Shown in pieces: positions 47,601 to 55,066 of a stretch of 64,000 bases of DNA. The translations under genes and the position numbers were made by a program. The stretch's first letter is position 1; the number at the start of each line of letters is the position of its first letter. The stretch is taken from NCBI GenBank assembly GCA_038245115.1, contig JBBRSS010000005.1, positions 3,141 to 67,140 of the forward strand, given 5' to 3'. This DNA comes from Candidatus Saccharimonadia bacterium (lineage in GTDB: Bacteria; Patescibacteriota; Saccharimonadia; UBA4664). The notes under the pieces are model-generated. The model saw nothing but the letters and a program-made list of their open reading frames with translations, searched no databases and was not told the DNA's origin.

Positions 47601-49278
47601 TGTCTTTGCCGTAGCGCTTGTCGACAGCGCCACCGAGCTTGCCGATGGCACCACTTCCCATTGCGAGGCCCTTGCCGGCGAATTTAAACGCGAACGGGAC
47701 GACAAATAGCGGGACGGTGAGTCCGGCGATGGCAAAGAATGGTGCAATCCAAGCGGCTCCCGTGAGACTACTGCCTGCACCGGCAGTCTTGGAAAATAGT
47801 CGACCGATCTCGATGAGCAGCATGATGATTGGATACAGCATGACGAGCTTGAAAAAGTTCTGCCACCATTCCCGGAACCATTTTTCGGTGTTGGGCAGAA
47901 TCCAGAGTAGGATCGCAAACGGACTGATGACAATAAGCATCAGAATTAATATTTTGCGGAATATCAGAGTGAGGAACACGCCGGCGAATGCGATGAGAAG
48001 CGAGACTATGGCACAAAAACCTAGGACGGTAACGGCCCCAACTAAAGCAAAGGTGCCAAGGCCGCCGCCGGTTCCAAGGAATAGTGTGGTGAAGTTGGAG
48101 GTAAGGTCGATTGTCGGCGTACCAATAACATCGGTCATGAGCGAGACGAGACCTTGGCCGAGTACGTTGCCGATGTCAATTAAGAAGGCGCAAAGCTGCC
48201 AGGAGAATGGCACCAGTATAGCTCCCGCCACCAAATGCGGTAAAACTTTTTTGATAGTGTAGTTGTCGAAGCCAATAGCCGTGCCGATGATGACGAGGAA
48301 GAATATAAGTATAAAGAAGACACTCGCGACATTTCTGAAAGCAGACCAAATGGCGTATACGGGTTTAACGTCAGTTTGGTTTTTGTCGAGCGGGGGCTCT
48401 TTGAGGAACGGTATGATGATGTCGTCACGGATTTGGTCGACTACACCTACAAGTGTAGTAATGGCGTCGCAAATCAGCCAAGTGAAACGGGCAGCCTCAC
48501 AGTTGACGGGCTTCTCTGCTGCGGACGTTGCGGACGTTGTGGGCGTTGTGGGCGAAGGCGGAGCGGTGCCCTGCTGGAGCGTAACGGAGTTGGTGCCGGC
48601 TGCTAGAACAACACCTGTTTTGGTGATGTTTATGCCAGTGGTTAAGCCGGTCGGGCTCCGGTATTGGCCGGAGGCTTTAACGGTGTATGTGCCCGGCTTG
48701 ATGCCACTAATCGAGAATGTGCCATTGGTGATTGGGGCCGGACTAGGCGTGCCGGAGTTGGGCGTAAGGGTAACGAAACCAGATTGCACACTTACGAACT
48801 GTTTGGCTGCAGGGTCGTAGAATTGTACCGTACCACTAAGACTGGCGTTTTTAACGGCTACCTTGATAGGGGTGACCGTAATGGTTCTTTTAGTCAACGT
48901 ATTGGATGGAGCGCACACGCCAGTTGCGCTGCCGAGTATTGTTCCCCAGGTTGTAGAGCTCGTAGGGCTACCGGTAGCGTCCGTTACCGAAATATTGAAG
49001 CGACGGATGTTTGTACAGGCGTCGCCAACGCCGGAATTAGTGAAGCCGATGGGGCCCGATTTCCAGGTCTGAGATGCGCTATCGAATGTGAAATTAATGA
49101 AAACAGGTTGTTGGGTAGTATCTACGCGTCTAGCCGATACTTCGACGTTGCTAACCTTGGGGTTTAACGTTATTTCGAATGATGCGTCTCCGGGGGCGCC
49201 CATAGCTGGAGCTGAAGACAACAAAACAGATATGCTCGAAAAAAGCGCGAGAAAAATTCCGAACCACCTACGTCTCAT
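44641..49278 (-). CDS. Giant VirB6/TrbL-like polytopic membrane protein (1545 aa) with an N-terminal secreted beta-rich domain and a ~700-aa Ala/Lys/Glu-rich low-complexity region
   Basis: Signal peptide. A ~6-8 TM block ('ISPFAILLWILPNTEKWFREWW') is VirB6/TrbL-like. A long A/K/E/T-rich tract follows, then a C-terminal globular domain. A 9-bp x4 tandem repeat at ~48523-48560 encodes a Pro/Thr linker. Confidence 0.5.
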   Translation of the reverse strand: MRRRWFGIFLALFSSISVLLSSAPAMGAPGDASFEITLNPKVSNVEVSARRVDTTQQPVFINFTFDSASQTWKSGPIGFTNSGVGDACTNIRRFNISVTDATGSPTSSTTWGTILGSATGVCAPSNTLTKRTITVTPIKVAVKNASLSGTVQFYDPAAKQFVSVQSGFVTLTPNSGTPSPAPITNGTFSISGIKPGTYTVKASGQYRSPTGLTTGINITKTGVVLAAGTNSVTLQQGTAPPSPTTPTTSATSAAEKPVNCEAARFTWLICDAITTLVGVVDQIRDDIIIPFLKEPPLDKNQTDVKPVYAIWSAFRNVASVFFILIFFLVIIGTAIGFDNYTIKKVLPHLVAGAILVPFSWQLCAFLIDIGNVLGQGLVSLMTDVIGTPTIDLTSNFTTLFLGTGGGLGTFALVGAVTVLGFCAIVSLLIAFAGVFLTLIFRKILILMLIVISPFAILLWILPNTEKWFREWWQNFFKLVMLYPIIMLLIEIGRLFSKTAGAGSSLTGAAWIAPFFAIAGLTVPLFVVPFAFKFAGKGLAMGSGAIGKLGGAVDKRYGKDSDLARDLSEGRQRKNVAAAKIAESNAKNAHGLHKAALNRKAAMNWRRAGLSGSSGSAKLRRGEAVGKADKELSTIDADNRMSKEARPEDFRQRRLSTTQSILDEKAANRGAREGVLAGYNGAGKPSALDKQNQARINTRDTYLAAAGTAKGDIERDKLNESLKGTSEYVSAAKKVSAAQTTAALSASEKLAGINSVVEGGAAAEKIMQKNLGISATDARNMRLRNVTTAKTNTGVAEVVAAQQTANTNVSTNAALDAREAAHAGGVSLAEARSMRLQNLSAATHTQEREKIGATEGQINARNAITSASGQENLNKLVTGETLAAREQLASARTIREARADFQATPEGYLSTSDTMRASRSEANKRIGTSIGAQKQEIAQEEEDIAKAKRDGNPAPRLADHVIAGTETAKAKTAQDSAQRLAAVNAVRTGTAASTRQHTDAAVYAAERTTAISDAAVKTTAAAVNAEIAAAAAVGGITTAAAAQKVRADNLKVAARAKQIATSTEFATTTAKDRGIIQAYDAAIEQAREAPLRKAKAAAYERADENARTDTYEESYKAAKTAKIKDKNGKDTAALLFTEKEARNQAAKARDTLGAERGEKAGRAAADKITSASAGILNPIEGEQAVIASAATAAEESAMRTEASNQAQTAALNQAVDSSTTRLNARERLAAQTEGSVATLAAESGAARARYDLTRPGASLNQTYQAAEGHVVKSERLKILSDRVEKAGNEDFTFMDADGVAHTDTVKNANLGPEGVTAQDAEIRTLLKDGDKLTPENEDRAIALMGRLSLTGSGRERVRQIQRDLFGRNEDRLIDPDRFGGRASELWEIIQSKNSSSVSKDFFMPEDAAYDGYSSSDFGRSGWGEKKNYFEYAKRVDKPSIYDESTRNIQQSLSNAQVLKDLNSDDYAQMWIYLQDPKALRALNARQGSNGKAGKDIIKLIAEAGDKAGAEDKWLKKQGGTGQPDILKAYIDSDGAVLPPEPPPPTP

Positions 49279-49385
49279 GTGTCATATTGTACAACGCTTA
49301 TGCTAAATAAATGAAGAACAAAATTTGGCTCCCCTTAAATATTAAGCACTAGAGTTTTTGACTTTAAGACCGATGGGTCGGTACA

Positions 49386-49931
49386 ATGCAGTCAATGAAG
49401 CGCTTACAAATCTTTCTATTTGGTATCTTGGTGGCGATGGTAATGGCGCCGGTTTTTGTCGATGCTGCTCCTGCAGCCATCCCTCTGGGCTGCCCCGGGA
49501 GTAAGTTGCAGGGTCCTATTTCGCCAACCGCCAATTACTCGTGCCCGGGTGGCGGTTCGGTAGTAAACGGGGTATATCATGCACCCGGAATCGTTGCGGG
49601 TGGCGGGCCGGTGTGCGTGGCGTTGCCCGTTTTTGCAGGCTCGCAGGGGTCGTGCGCGAAGGGTCAGGTGGAGATACCAAATAACCCTGGTGATGGCGGC
49701 GCCATCATTTACTATCTCAAGCTGGTCTTGAGGCTCCTTAACCTATTGATCGGGGGAATCATCATTCTTGTGTTGGTGATCGCCGGGATCCAGTACATAA
49801 CCTCGATGGGTGACCCCACTAACGTTAAGAATGCCAAAAAGCGGATATCTAACGCCGTAATTGCACTGATATTGTACCTGATGATGTTTGCTATTTTGAA
49901 TTTCTTGGTCCCCGGAGGAATTCTTTCGTGA
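49386..49931 (+). CDS. VirB2/TrbC-like T4SS pilin paralog 1
   Basis: Signal-like N-terminus (alternative start MKRLQIFLF at 49395), a Cys-containing region, and a C-terminal two-helix hairpin 'LIGGIIILVLVIAGIQYITSMGDPTNVKNAKKRISNAVIALILYLMMFAILNF'. Confidence 0.55.
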   Translation: MQSMKRLQIFLFGILVAMVMAPVFVDAAPAAIPLGCPGSKLQGPISPTANYSCPGGGSVVNGVYHAPGIVAGGGPVCVALPVFAGSQGSCAKGQVEIPNNPGDGGAIIYYLKLVLRLLNLLIGGIIILVLVIAGIQYITSMGDPTNVKNAKKRISNAVIALILYLMMFAILNFLVPGGILS

Positions 49932-50278
49932 CCAGCGTGTTGCAGCTTTTTCGTTTGGCGGCCAATGCTTGTGGTACTTCCACGGGCGTGCTGCCAAGCT
50001 TGTATGACAATATTCCATGTACCGGCGGTAATACTCCATCCATAACTACCATATCGCAGGTGGTAGTACTCATCGCGAATGTGCTGCGGATATTGATAGC
50101 AGTTTCGGGCTCACTCGCCGTGATAGCTATTTTGGTGTCGGCAATTTACTACATTACTTCGACCGGAGATCCGGCTAGAGTTAAGAAGGCAAAAGACATC
50201 CTGATCAATACCGCTACGGGTCTAATTCTTATTATTATGTCTTATGCGGCAGTTACGTTTATTGCGGGGAATTTCTAG
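49928..50278 (+). CDS. VirB2/TrbC-like pilin paralog 2
   Basis: Shares the architecture '...IAVSGSLAVIAILVSAIYYITSTGDPARVKKAKDILINTATGLILIIMSYAAVTFIAGNF'. GTG start overlaps the previous stop (GTGA). Confidence 0.55.
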   Translation: MTSVLQLFRLAANACGTSTGVLPSLYDNIPCTGGNTPSITTISQVVVLIANVLRILIAVSGSLAVIAILVSAIYYITSTGDPARVKKAKDILINTATGLILIIMSYAAVTFIAGNF

Positions 50279-50593
50279 ATGGTGGGGACGTGGTTGGTTG
50301 CGGCAACGCCGGTGGTAGTAAAGGTTACATGTGCTGAAATCGGAATCGGGAATTGTACGGATAAAACCAAGACTTTGAGCGCGGGTTTTACCAATATCGC
50401 CGGTGGCCTGGTTATATTAATTGGTATGTTGGCGGTGATTTTTATAATTATCAGCGGGTTGCAGATAGCATTATCGGCGGGGGATGCTAAGCGGTATCAG
50501 CAAGGGCTGGATGGATTGAAGTATTCGGTGGCAGGGGTGGTATTGGCGATAATGGCTTACGCAATAGTATCTTTTATTGCAAGCGGTTTCTGA
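50279..50593 (+). CDS. VirB2/TrbC-like pilin paralog 3
   Basis: 'LVILIGMLAVIFIIISGLQIALSAGDAKRYQQGLDGLKYSVAGVVLAIMAYAIVSFIASGF'. Confidence 0.55.
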   Translation: MVGTWLVAATPVVVKVTCAEIGIGNCTDKTKTLSAGFTNIAGGLVILIGMLAVIFIIISGLQIALSAGDAKRYQQGLDGLKYSVAGVVLAIMAYAIVSFIASGF

Positions 50594-50627
50594 TAAAGTA
50601 TAGTAGTAGAAAATAGAGGAGAGAAAA

Positions 50628-50945
50628 ATGAGTGCATTTACGATCTTACTGGGTTCGGCTTCGACTGTCATTACTTCGGGTGCGAATGCTGCCTGCGGTA
50701 GCTCGTGCAACAAGTCGCTGTTACCCGCAACATTTGCGACTATCGCAAATACGCTAACGTATCTAGTGGGCGCAGTATCGGTGATCATGATCATTGTCGG
50801 GGGTTTGCGCTACGTAACTTCTAACGGTGACCAGAAGAACGTGACAGCGGCCAAGGATACTATTCTCTACGCCGTTATTGGCGTGGTAGTGGCAATTGTG
50901 GCCTTCGCGGTTGTGCAGTTTGTGGCCACTCATATTGGAAGTTGA
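50628..50945 (+). CDS. VirB2/TrbC-like pilin paralog 4
   Basis: 'LVGAVSVIMIIVGGLRYVTSNGDQKNVTAAKDTILYAVIGVVVAIVAFAVVQFV'; AGGAGAG RBS upstream. Confidence 0.6.
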   Translation: MSAFTILLGSASTVITSGANAACGSSCNKSLLPATFATIANTLTYLVGAVSVIMIIVGGLRYVTSNGDQKNVTAAKDTILYAVIGVVVAIVAFAVVQFVATHIGS

Positions 50946-51012
50946 TTGCTTGTCGTAAGCGCTTATGCTAATGTCACATCAAACTGAATTTTTATTAAGG
51001 AGTTTATTTCCA

Positions 51013-51462
51013 ATGAGCATAGAAACGTTAGTAAAGAAAGTGGCGCTGTCGCTCCAGGCGCTCGTGTTGGTGTTGGGAGTAGGCTCAGCATCGGTAGTGG
51101 GCTTGGCGGTTTCCGCTGGACCGGCATATGGTGCCTCCACAAACTGTAACGACTCCACAGCGATATCAGACCCTTTAACGGCTGGTGCTTCGTGTTCGCA
51201 AGGCAATAGCCAGAAGGATAATTTGTTTGGCAACGGTGGAATTTTTACAATCATTGCCAATACCTTGATTTTCCTCGTGGGTGCGATTTCGGTAATTTTC
51301 CTCATTATCGGTGGACTGCGTTACGTAGTCTCGAACGGTGACTCCAAGAATGTTACGGCGGCCAAGGATACTATCTTGTACGCAGTTATTGGTGTCGTGG
51401 TGGCCGTGGTTTCCTTTGCGCTAATCCAGTTCGTCATCAAGGCCTTGAACCAAGCAAGCTAA
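51013..51462 (+). CDS. VirB2/TrbC-like pilin paralog 5
   Basis: Start at MSIETLVKK, with AAGGAG 11 nt upstream. The C-terminus 'LVGAISVIFLIIGGLRYVVSNGDSKNVTAAKDTILYAVIGVVVAVVSF' is nearly identical to paralog 4. Confidence 0.6.
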   Translation: MSIETLVKKVALSLQALVLVLGVGSASVVGLAVSAGPAYGASTNCNDSTAISDPLTAGASCSQGNSQKDNLFGNGGIFTIIANTLIFLVGAISVIFLIIGGLRYVVSNGDSKNVTAAKDTILYAVIGVVVAVVSFALIQFVIKALNQAS

Positions 51463-51478
51463 CAGTTCCGGCCTTTTA

Positions 51479-51506
51479 GAAGAGACCCGTAAGGGTCTTT
51501 TTTAAT
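51479..51506 (+). terminator. Rho-independent terminator after the pilin array
   Basis: AGAGACCC-GTAA-GGGTCT followed by TTTTTTAATGTTT. Confidence 0.6.
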
Positions 51507-51519
51507 GTTTAAGGGTGGG

Positions 51520-51558
51520 CCGACAAAGAATAACACCGCCAGTGAGGCGGTGTTATTG
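51520..51558 (-). terminator. Terminator-like hairpin downstream of hsp20
   Basis: Perfect 12-bp inverted repeat AATAACACCGCC-AGTGA-GGCGGTGTTATT. Confidence 0.4.
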
Positions 51559-51576
51559 GTGAGCTGGAGACTTGGG

Positions 51577-52014
51577 CTATACGACAGGTTTGACCTTGAT
51601 CTTCTTGACCTTGTCTTGGGCAACCTTGGGAATAGTCACCGTGAGGACGCCGTCCTTGAGAGACGCAGCGGCCTTCTCGGCAATCGTGGAGGTCGGCAGA
51701 ATGACTGAGCGGGAGAACGAGCCCCAGTAGCATTCCTGGACATAGTAGTGCTCGCGGTCAACTTCTTTTTCTTCGATGCGTTCGCCGCGAATAGTAACGA
51801 CGTCTTCGGCGACTTCGATATCAATCTTGTCTGGTGTAACCCCGGCGATGGGGGCCTTGATGACGACGTTTTCTTTGGTCTGGTAGACGTCGACGGCCAG
51901 CTGGCCTTCGGCCTCGGCCATCCAGTCTTCCTCACCCTCGACAGAGGTGTCTAGGAAGTCGTCTTGTAATACGTTTTCTTGATCGTTGAGGGGAGCGTTT
52001 TTCTTGCCCGGCAT
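51577..52014 (-). CDS. Hsp20/alpha-crystallin family small heat-shock protein
   Basis: 'WMAEAEGQLAVDVYQTKENVVIKAPIAGV...IDIEVAEDVVTIRGER...GSFSRSVILP...DGVLTVTIPK' alpha-crystallin domain. Start is the ATG at 52014 with GGAGG upstream; the track's longer start is spurious. Confidence 0.85.
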   Translation of the reverse strand: MPGKKNAPLNDQENVLQDDFLDTSVEGEEDWMAEAEGQLAVDVYQTKENVVIKAPIAGVTPDKIDIEVAEDVVTIRGERIEEKEVDREHYYVQECYWGSFSRSVILPTSTIAEKAAASLKDGVLTVTIPKVAQDKVKKIKVKPVV

Positions 52015-52130
52015 GCAGGTGAGCCTCCGCGTTAATGACTTCATGATTTTACAGGCCTGCTTTGTAATTTGCGATGCAGGTAAGTTTTCCCTATTATAGC
52101 CAAATGTTGCGTTGAAAGGCAAGCAAGGGA

Positions 52131-52793
52131 GTGATAATTGATCGATTATTGGAAATTTTAGCGCCGATTAACTGCTTGGGATGCGGATTCGAGGGTGCTG
52201 TAGTTTGTACAACATGCATGGATGGCTTGAGCGCGCCAAGCCGGACAATATGCTTTGGTTGCGGCAGAAATAGCCCCGGCGGAAAAACCTGCGAGCTATG
52301 CGTCAGACGCAGTTCGTTGGCCGGAGTGAGCGTGGGGGCGAATTATGACGGCACGGTGAAGGAGCTGATTCTGCAACTGAAGTTCCATCGTTTGCGCGCA
52401 GCAACCGAGGCGGCAGCAGAGATTATGTTGCGTACGGAGCCGTATTGGCCACGGGTTCACATGGTAACTAGTGTGCCGGTATCGGCGTCGCGCCAGCGTG
52501 AGCGGGGGTACAACCAGTCGGAATTGTTGGCTAAGGCTGTAGCGAGGCGAGTCGGCTTGCCCTACTCCGCGGCGCTAGGGAGACTCACTACGACGCATCA
52601 GATCGGTTTGGATCGCCGTAGCCGCTTCGAACAGGTTGAGAGTGCTTTTTATGCCAAGCGGGCCCTGATGGGCCAGCAGGTGCTGCTGGTGGACGATGTG
52701 GTGACTACTGGCGCAACTTTATCGGCTTGCGCCGGGATGTTGCGGGATGCTGGCGCCGCCGGGATTTGGGCTGTGGCCGTCGCTCGGCACTAA
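52131..52793 (+). CDS. comF: ComF-family (ComFC-like) phosphoribosyltransferase-domain protein
   Basis: N-terminal Cys4 zinc finger 'CLGCGFEGAVVCTTC...CFGCG' and a PRTase motif 'VLLVDDVVTTGATL'. Confidence 0.7.
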   Translation: MIIDRLLEILAPINCLGCGFEGAVVCTTCMDGLSAPSRTICFGCGRNSPGGKTCELCVRRSSLAGVSVGANYDGTVKELILQLKFHRLRAATEAAAEIMLRTEPYWPRVHMVTSVPVSASRQRERGYNQSELLAKAVARRVGLPYSAALGRLTTTHQIGLDRRSRFEQVESAFYAKRALMGQQVLLVDDVVTTGATLSACAGMLRDAGAAGIWAVAVARH

Positions 52794-52802
52794 GCGCAGT
52801 GC

Positions 52803-54128
52803 ATGAGGGTTTTTGGTATGATTCTCGCAATGAAGTGGTTTGTAATTGGACTGATGTATGTGGGGGTATTCGCGGCTGTGGCCGTGGGTTCATATATTTC
52901 GCCGAACTATAGATTCAACGGCGCCGGAGTGCTGACGGTCCTTAGTATTATCGGAGTAGTTGCGATAGTGATGTGGCGGCGGCGTAAACTCACCCGTCTG
53001 GACTGGCTCTTACCGGTATTGTTGATATTGATTGCCCTGGCGAGTTTTCCGAATACCTCGCGAGATCATTTACGATATTTGTTTGACGGCGAAATGATTC
53101 GGCTGATGCACCTATCGCCGTACGTCCATTTGCCCTATGAATTTCCCGTAGACCAATACTCGCAGGCGTTTGATCACATCTGGTGGACGCAGATCCCCAG
53201 CCCTTACGGACCATTGTGGCAGGCGTTGATGGTAGCGATAAATTTTGTTTCGGATAATCAGATTGTTTGGGGCGTGGTGGCGCTGAAGTTGGTGAATTTG
53301 GCAGGCTTGCTGGTGTGCGCGCGGTATATTTTCTTGATTACGCGTAAAGCATGGATAAGCTACGTTTTTTTAATTAACCCCGTAATTTTAATTAATACTG
53401 TGGCAACGCCACACTCCGACATCGTGATAGCAGCGGGTTTGATGGTGGCAGTTTATCACCAAAATGCGTCGGTCCGGGGAGTGCTCGTTGGTGCGGCAGG
53501 TTTAATAAAGGCCCATTCACTAATTTTCTGGCCGTTTTTGGTTAAAAGCAGGCGTAGCGCAATCGCATTAGCGGGCTGGACATCGGGCGCGCTGGTGGTA
53601 TTTTTGTTGGCGCTAAAGCCCCTAGTTGGGTTTGAGTGGCGGCCGATGCTGCAGGCTGGCCAGGGCGGAGGGGTAACGGGGATGGTCTCATTACTGATGT
53701 ACCATTTGCTGCCTGGGGCTTCGGCAAATCATGTTATCTTGGCTTCGTATGGGCTTTTTCTGGTAATGTATGGATTCATTTTGGGATTATATGTCCGGCA
53801 GAGGGTGTCGTCTTTGACCGGGCTGGCATTAGCCAGTCTAGCAGTACCCCTTTGTTTGACGGGTGTATTGCTGCCTTGGCATTTTATTATTCCGTTCGCC
53901 TGCTTGTTGATTTGCGAGAAGCCCCTGGCGACTGCGGCGGTCTTGGTTGTTACGCTTCTATGTATGAGGTCCGCCGTAACTGTGCCGGAATTAATTGGGC
54001 TGTCGGTGCTCATTGCGGCAGCTTACTTGGCATTGCGTTGGACTTACGGAAAAATCTCGGATCCGCCAGAACTGATTGTTCGAATCGGAGGATATTTGAA
54101 ATATGAGCACGAGCCTCAGGCTAAATAG
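52803..54128 (+). CDS. Polytopic membrane protein (DUF2029/GT87-like putative glycosyltransferase)
   Basis: 441 aa with about 11 TM helices. Confidence 0.4.
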   Translation: MRVFGMILAMKWFVIGLMYVGVFAAVAVGSYISPNYRFNGAGVLTVLSIIGVVAIVMWRRRKLTRLDWLLPVLLILIALASFPNTSRDHLRYLFDGEMIRLMHLSPYVHLPYEFPVDQYSQAFDHIWWTQIPSPYGPLWQALMVAINFVSDNQIVWGVVALKLVNLAGLLVCARYIFLITRKAWISYVFLINPVILINTVATPHSDIVIAAGLMVAVYHQNASVRGVLVGAAGLIKAHSLIFWPFLVKSRRSAIALAGWTSGALVVFLLALKPLVGFEWRPMLQAGQGGGVTGMVSLLMYHLLPGASANHVILASYGLFLVMYGFILGLYVRQRVSSLTGLALASLAVPLCLTGVLLPWHFIIPFACLLICEKPLATAAVLVVTLLCMRSAVTVPELIGLSVLIAAAYLALRWTYGKISDPPELIVRIGGYLKYEHEPQAK

Positions 54129-54153
54129 GCCCTTACATTAAGGGTGAGTTATC

Positions 54154-54807
54154 CTAGTCGAAAAGACCTTTTTGGCTGTCTGTTTCTATTGCGGCGTCCA
54201 GAATGTCGTCGATGTCTTGGGTGGATAATGGTTTTACGCCTGCATCCAATAAGCGCATAAGTGCTAACTTGGCAGTCTCGCCATCGTTGTCTTCGTGGTT
54301 CATCTCGGCGTCATTAGTTTCGTAAAGGAGTGAGTTGGCGCGGAATCGGCTGGCATATCCTTCGGGCAATTCTCCTTGATCTTCAAGGTGTACGGCTCGG
54401 ACTACTTCGTCGGGAATAAAGCTTAAGGCAGCTATTAAATTTGAATGTCTGTCTAGGAATGAGTTAATTTTTGTCGCCTTAACATTTTGCTCATTTACGC
54501 TGCCGGACAATATAGGCTGAATTTCATCGTTCTCGGGGTCTCTTTTCAAATCGAAGTCGACTATTTTGGACTCCATGAGCCGTTCTAGCGCAATTCCTAT
54601 CGGATACGATGGATTCGCGACGAGCCGTGCAAGTTTATCGGCGGCGCTTTGGCCGCCATGGGTTGTGCTGTCTGGCGGCATAGGCATTTCGATCATGTTA
54701 ACGATATCCCCTTCTACAGCGTCATCTGGATTTTCGTAAATGGAATTTACAAATTCTTCGGCACGTTTCCAGTCTGGGCCTCGATAGGAGGGTTCGTACT
54801 CGCCCAT
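54154..54807 (-). CDS. Hypothetical acidic protein
   Basis: 217-aa ORF with no recognisable motif. Confidence 0.35.
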   Translation of the reverse strand: MGEYEPSYRGPDWKRAEEFVNSIYENPDDAVEGDIVNMIEMPMPPDSTTHGGQSAADKLARLVANPSYPIGIALERLMESKIVDFDLKRDPENDEIQPILSGSVNEQNVKATKINSFLDRHSNLIAALSFIPDEVVRAVHLEDQGELPEGYASRFRANSLLYETNDAEMNHEDNDGETAKLALMRLLDAGVKPLSTQDIDDILDAAIETDSQKGLFD

Positions 54808-54914
54808 TCTTTTCTCCCGTTAACATTTTGTGATTCAATTATAGTGTAAAAAACTCGGGGCGGGTCTTGAGTGAAAGCTTGCTGCGCGGTATAGTATCGA
54901 GGTTCAGCTAGTAC

Positions 54915-55007
54915 GGAGAGGTACCCAAGTGGCTGAAGGGGCGGGTTTGCTAAACCTGTAGGGGGGAGTAATCCCCCGCGAGAGTTCGAATCTCTCCCTC
55001 TCCGCCA
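54915..55007 (+). tRNA. tRNA-Ser (anticodon GCU), class II with a long variable arm
   Basis: Sequence GGAGAGGTACCCAAGTGGCTGAAGGGGCGGGTTTGCTAAACC... The acceptor stem GGAGAGG pairs with CCTCTCC. The anticodon loop is TTGCTAA. There is a long variable stem (GGGGGGAG/CTCCCCC region), a T-arm GTTCGAATC and an encoded CCA. Confidence 0.85.
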
Positions 55008-55066
55008 GAGCATTAGCCCGATTTCGCATTGCGGATCGGGTTTTTGCTTTGCTATTTTTCCCGCGA

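Noticed and set aside
48376-48606. ORF encoding 'GRCGRCGRCGRRR'
   Set aside because: Opposite-strand reading of the 9-bp tandem repeat inside the VirB6-like gene, not a gene.
54915-55007. Integrase attachment site / direct repeat of the tRNA-Ser 3' end marking an island boundary
   Set aside because: I could not find a second copy of the tRNA 3' segment (GAATCTCTCCCTCTCCGCCA) anywhere downstream in the window, so tRNA-targeted integration is not supported by what I can see.
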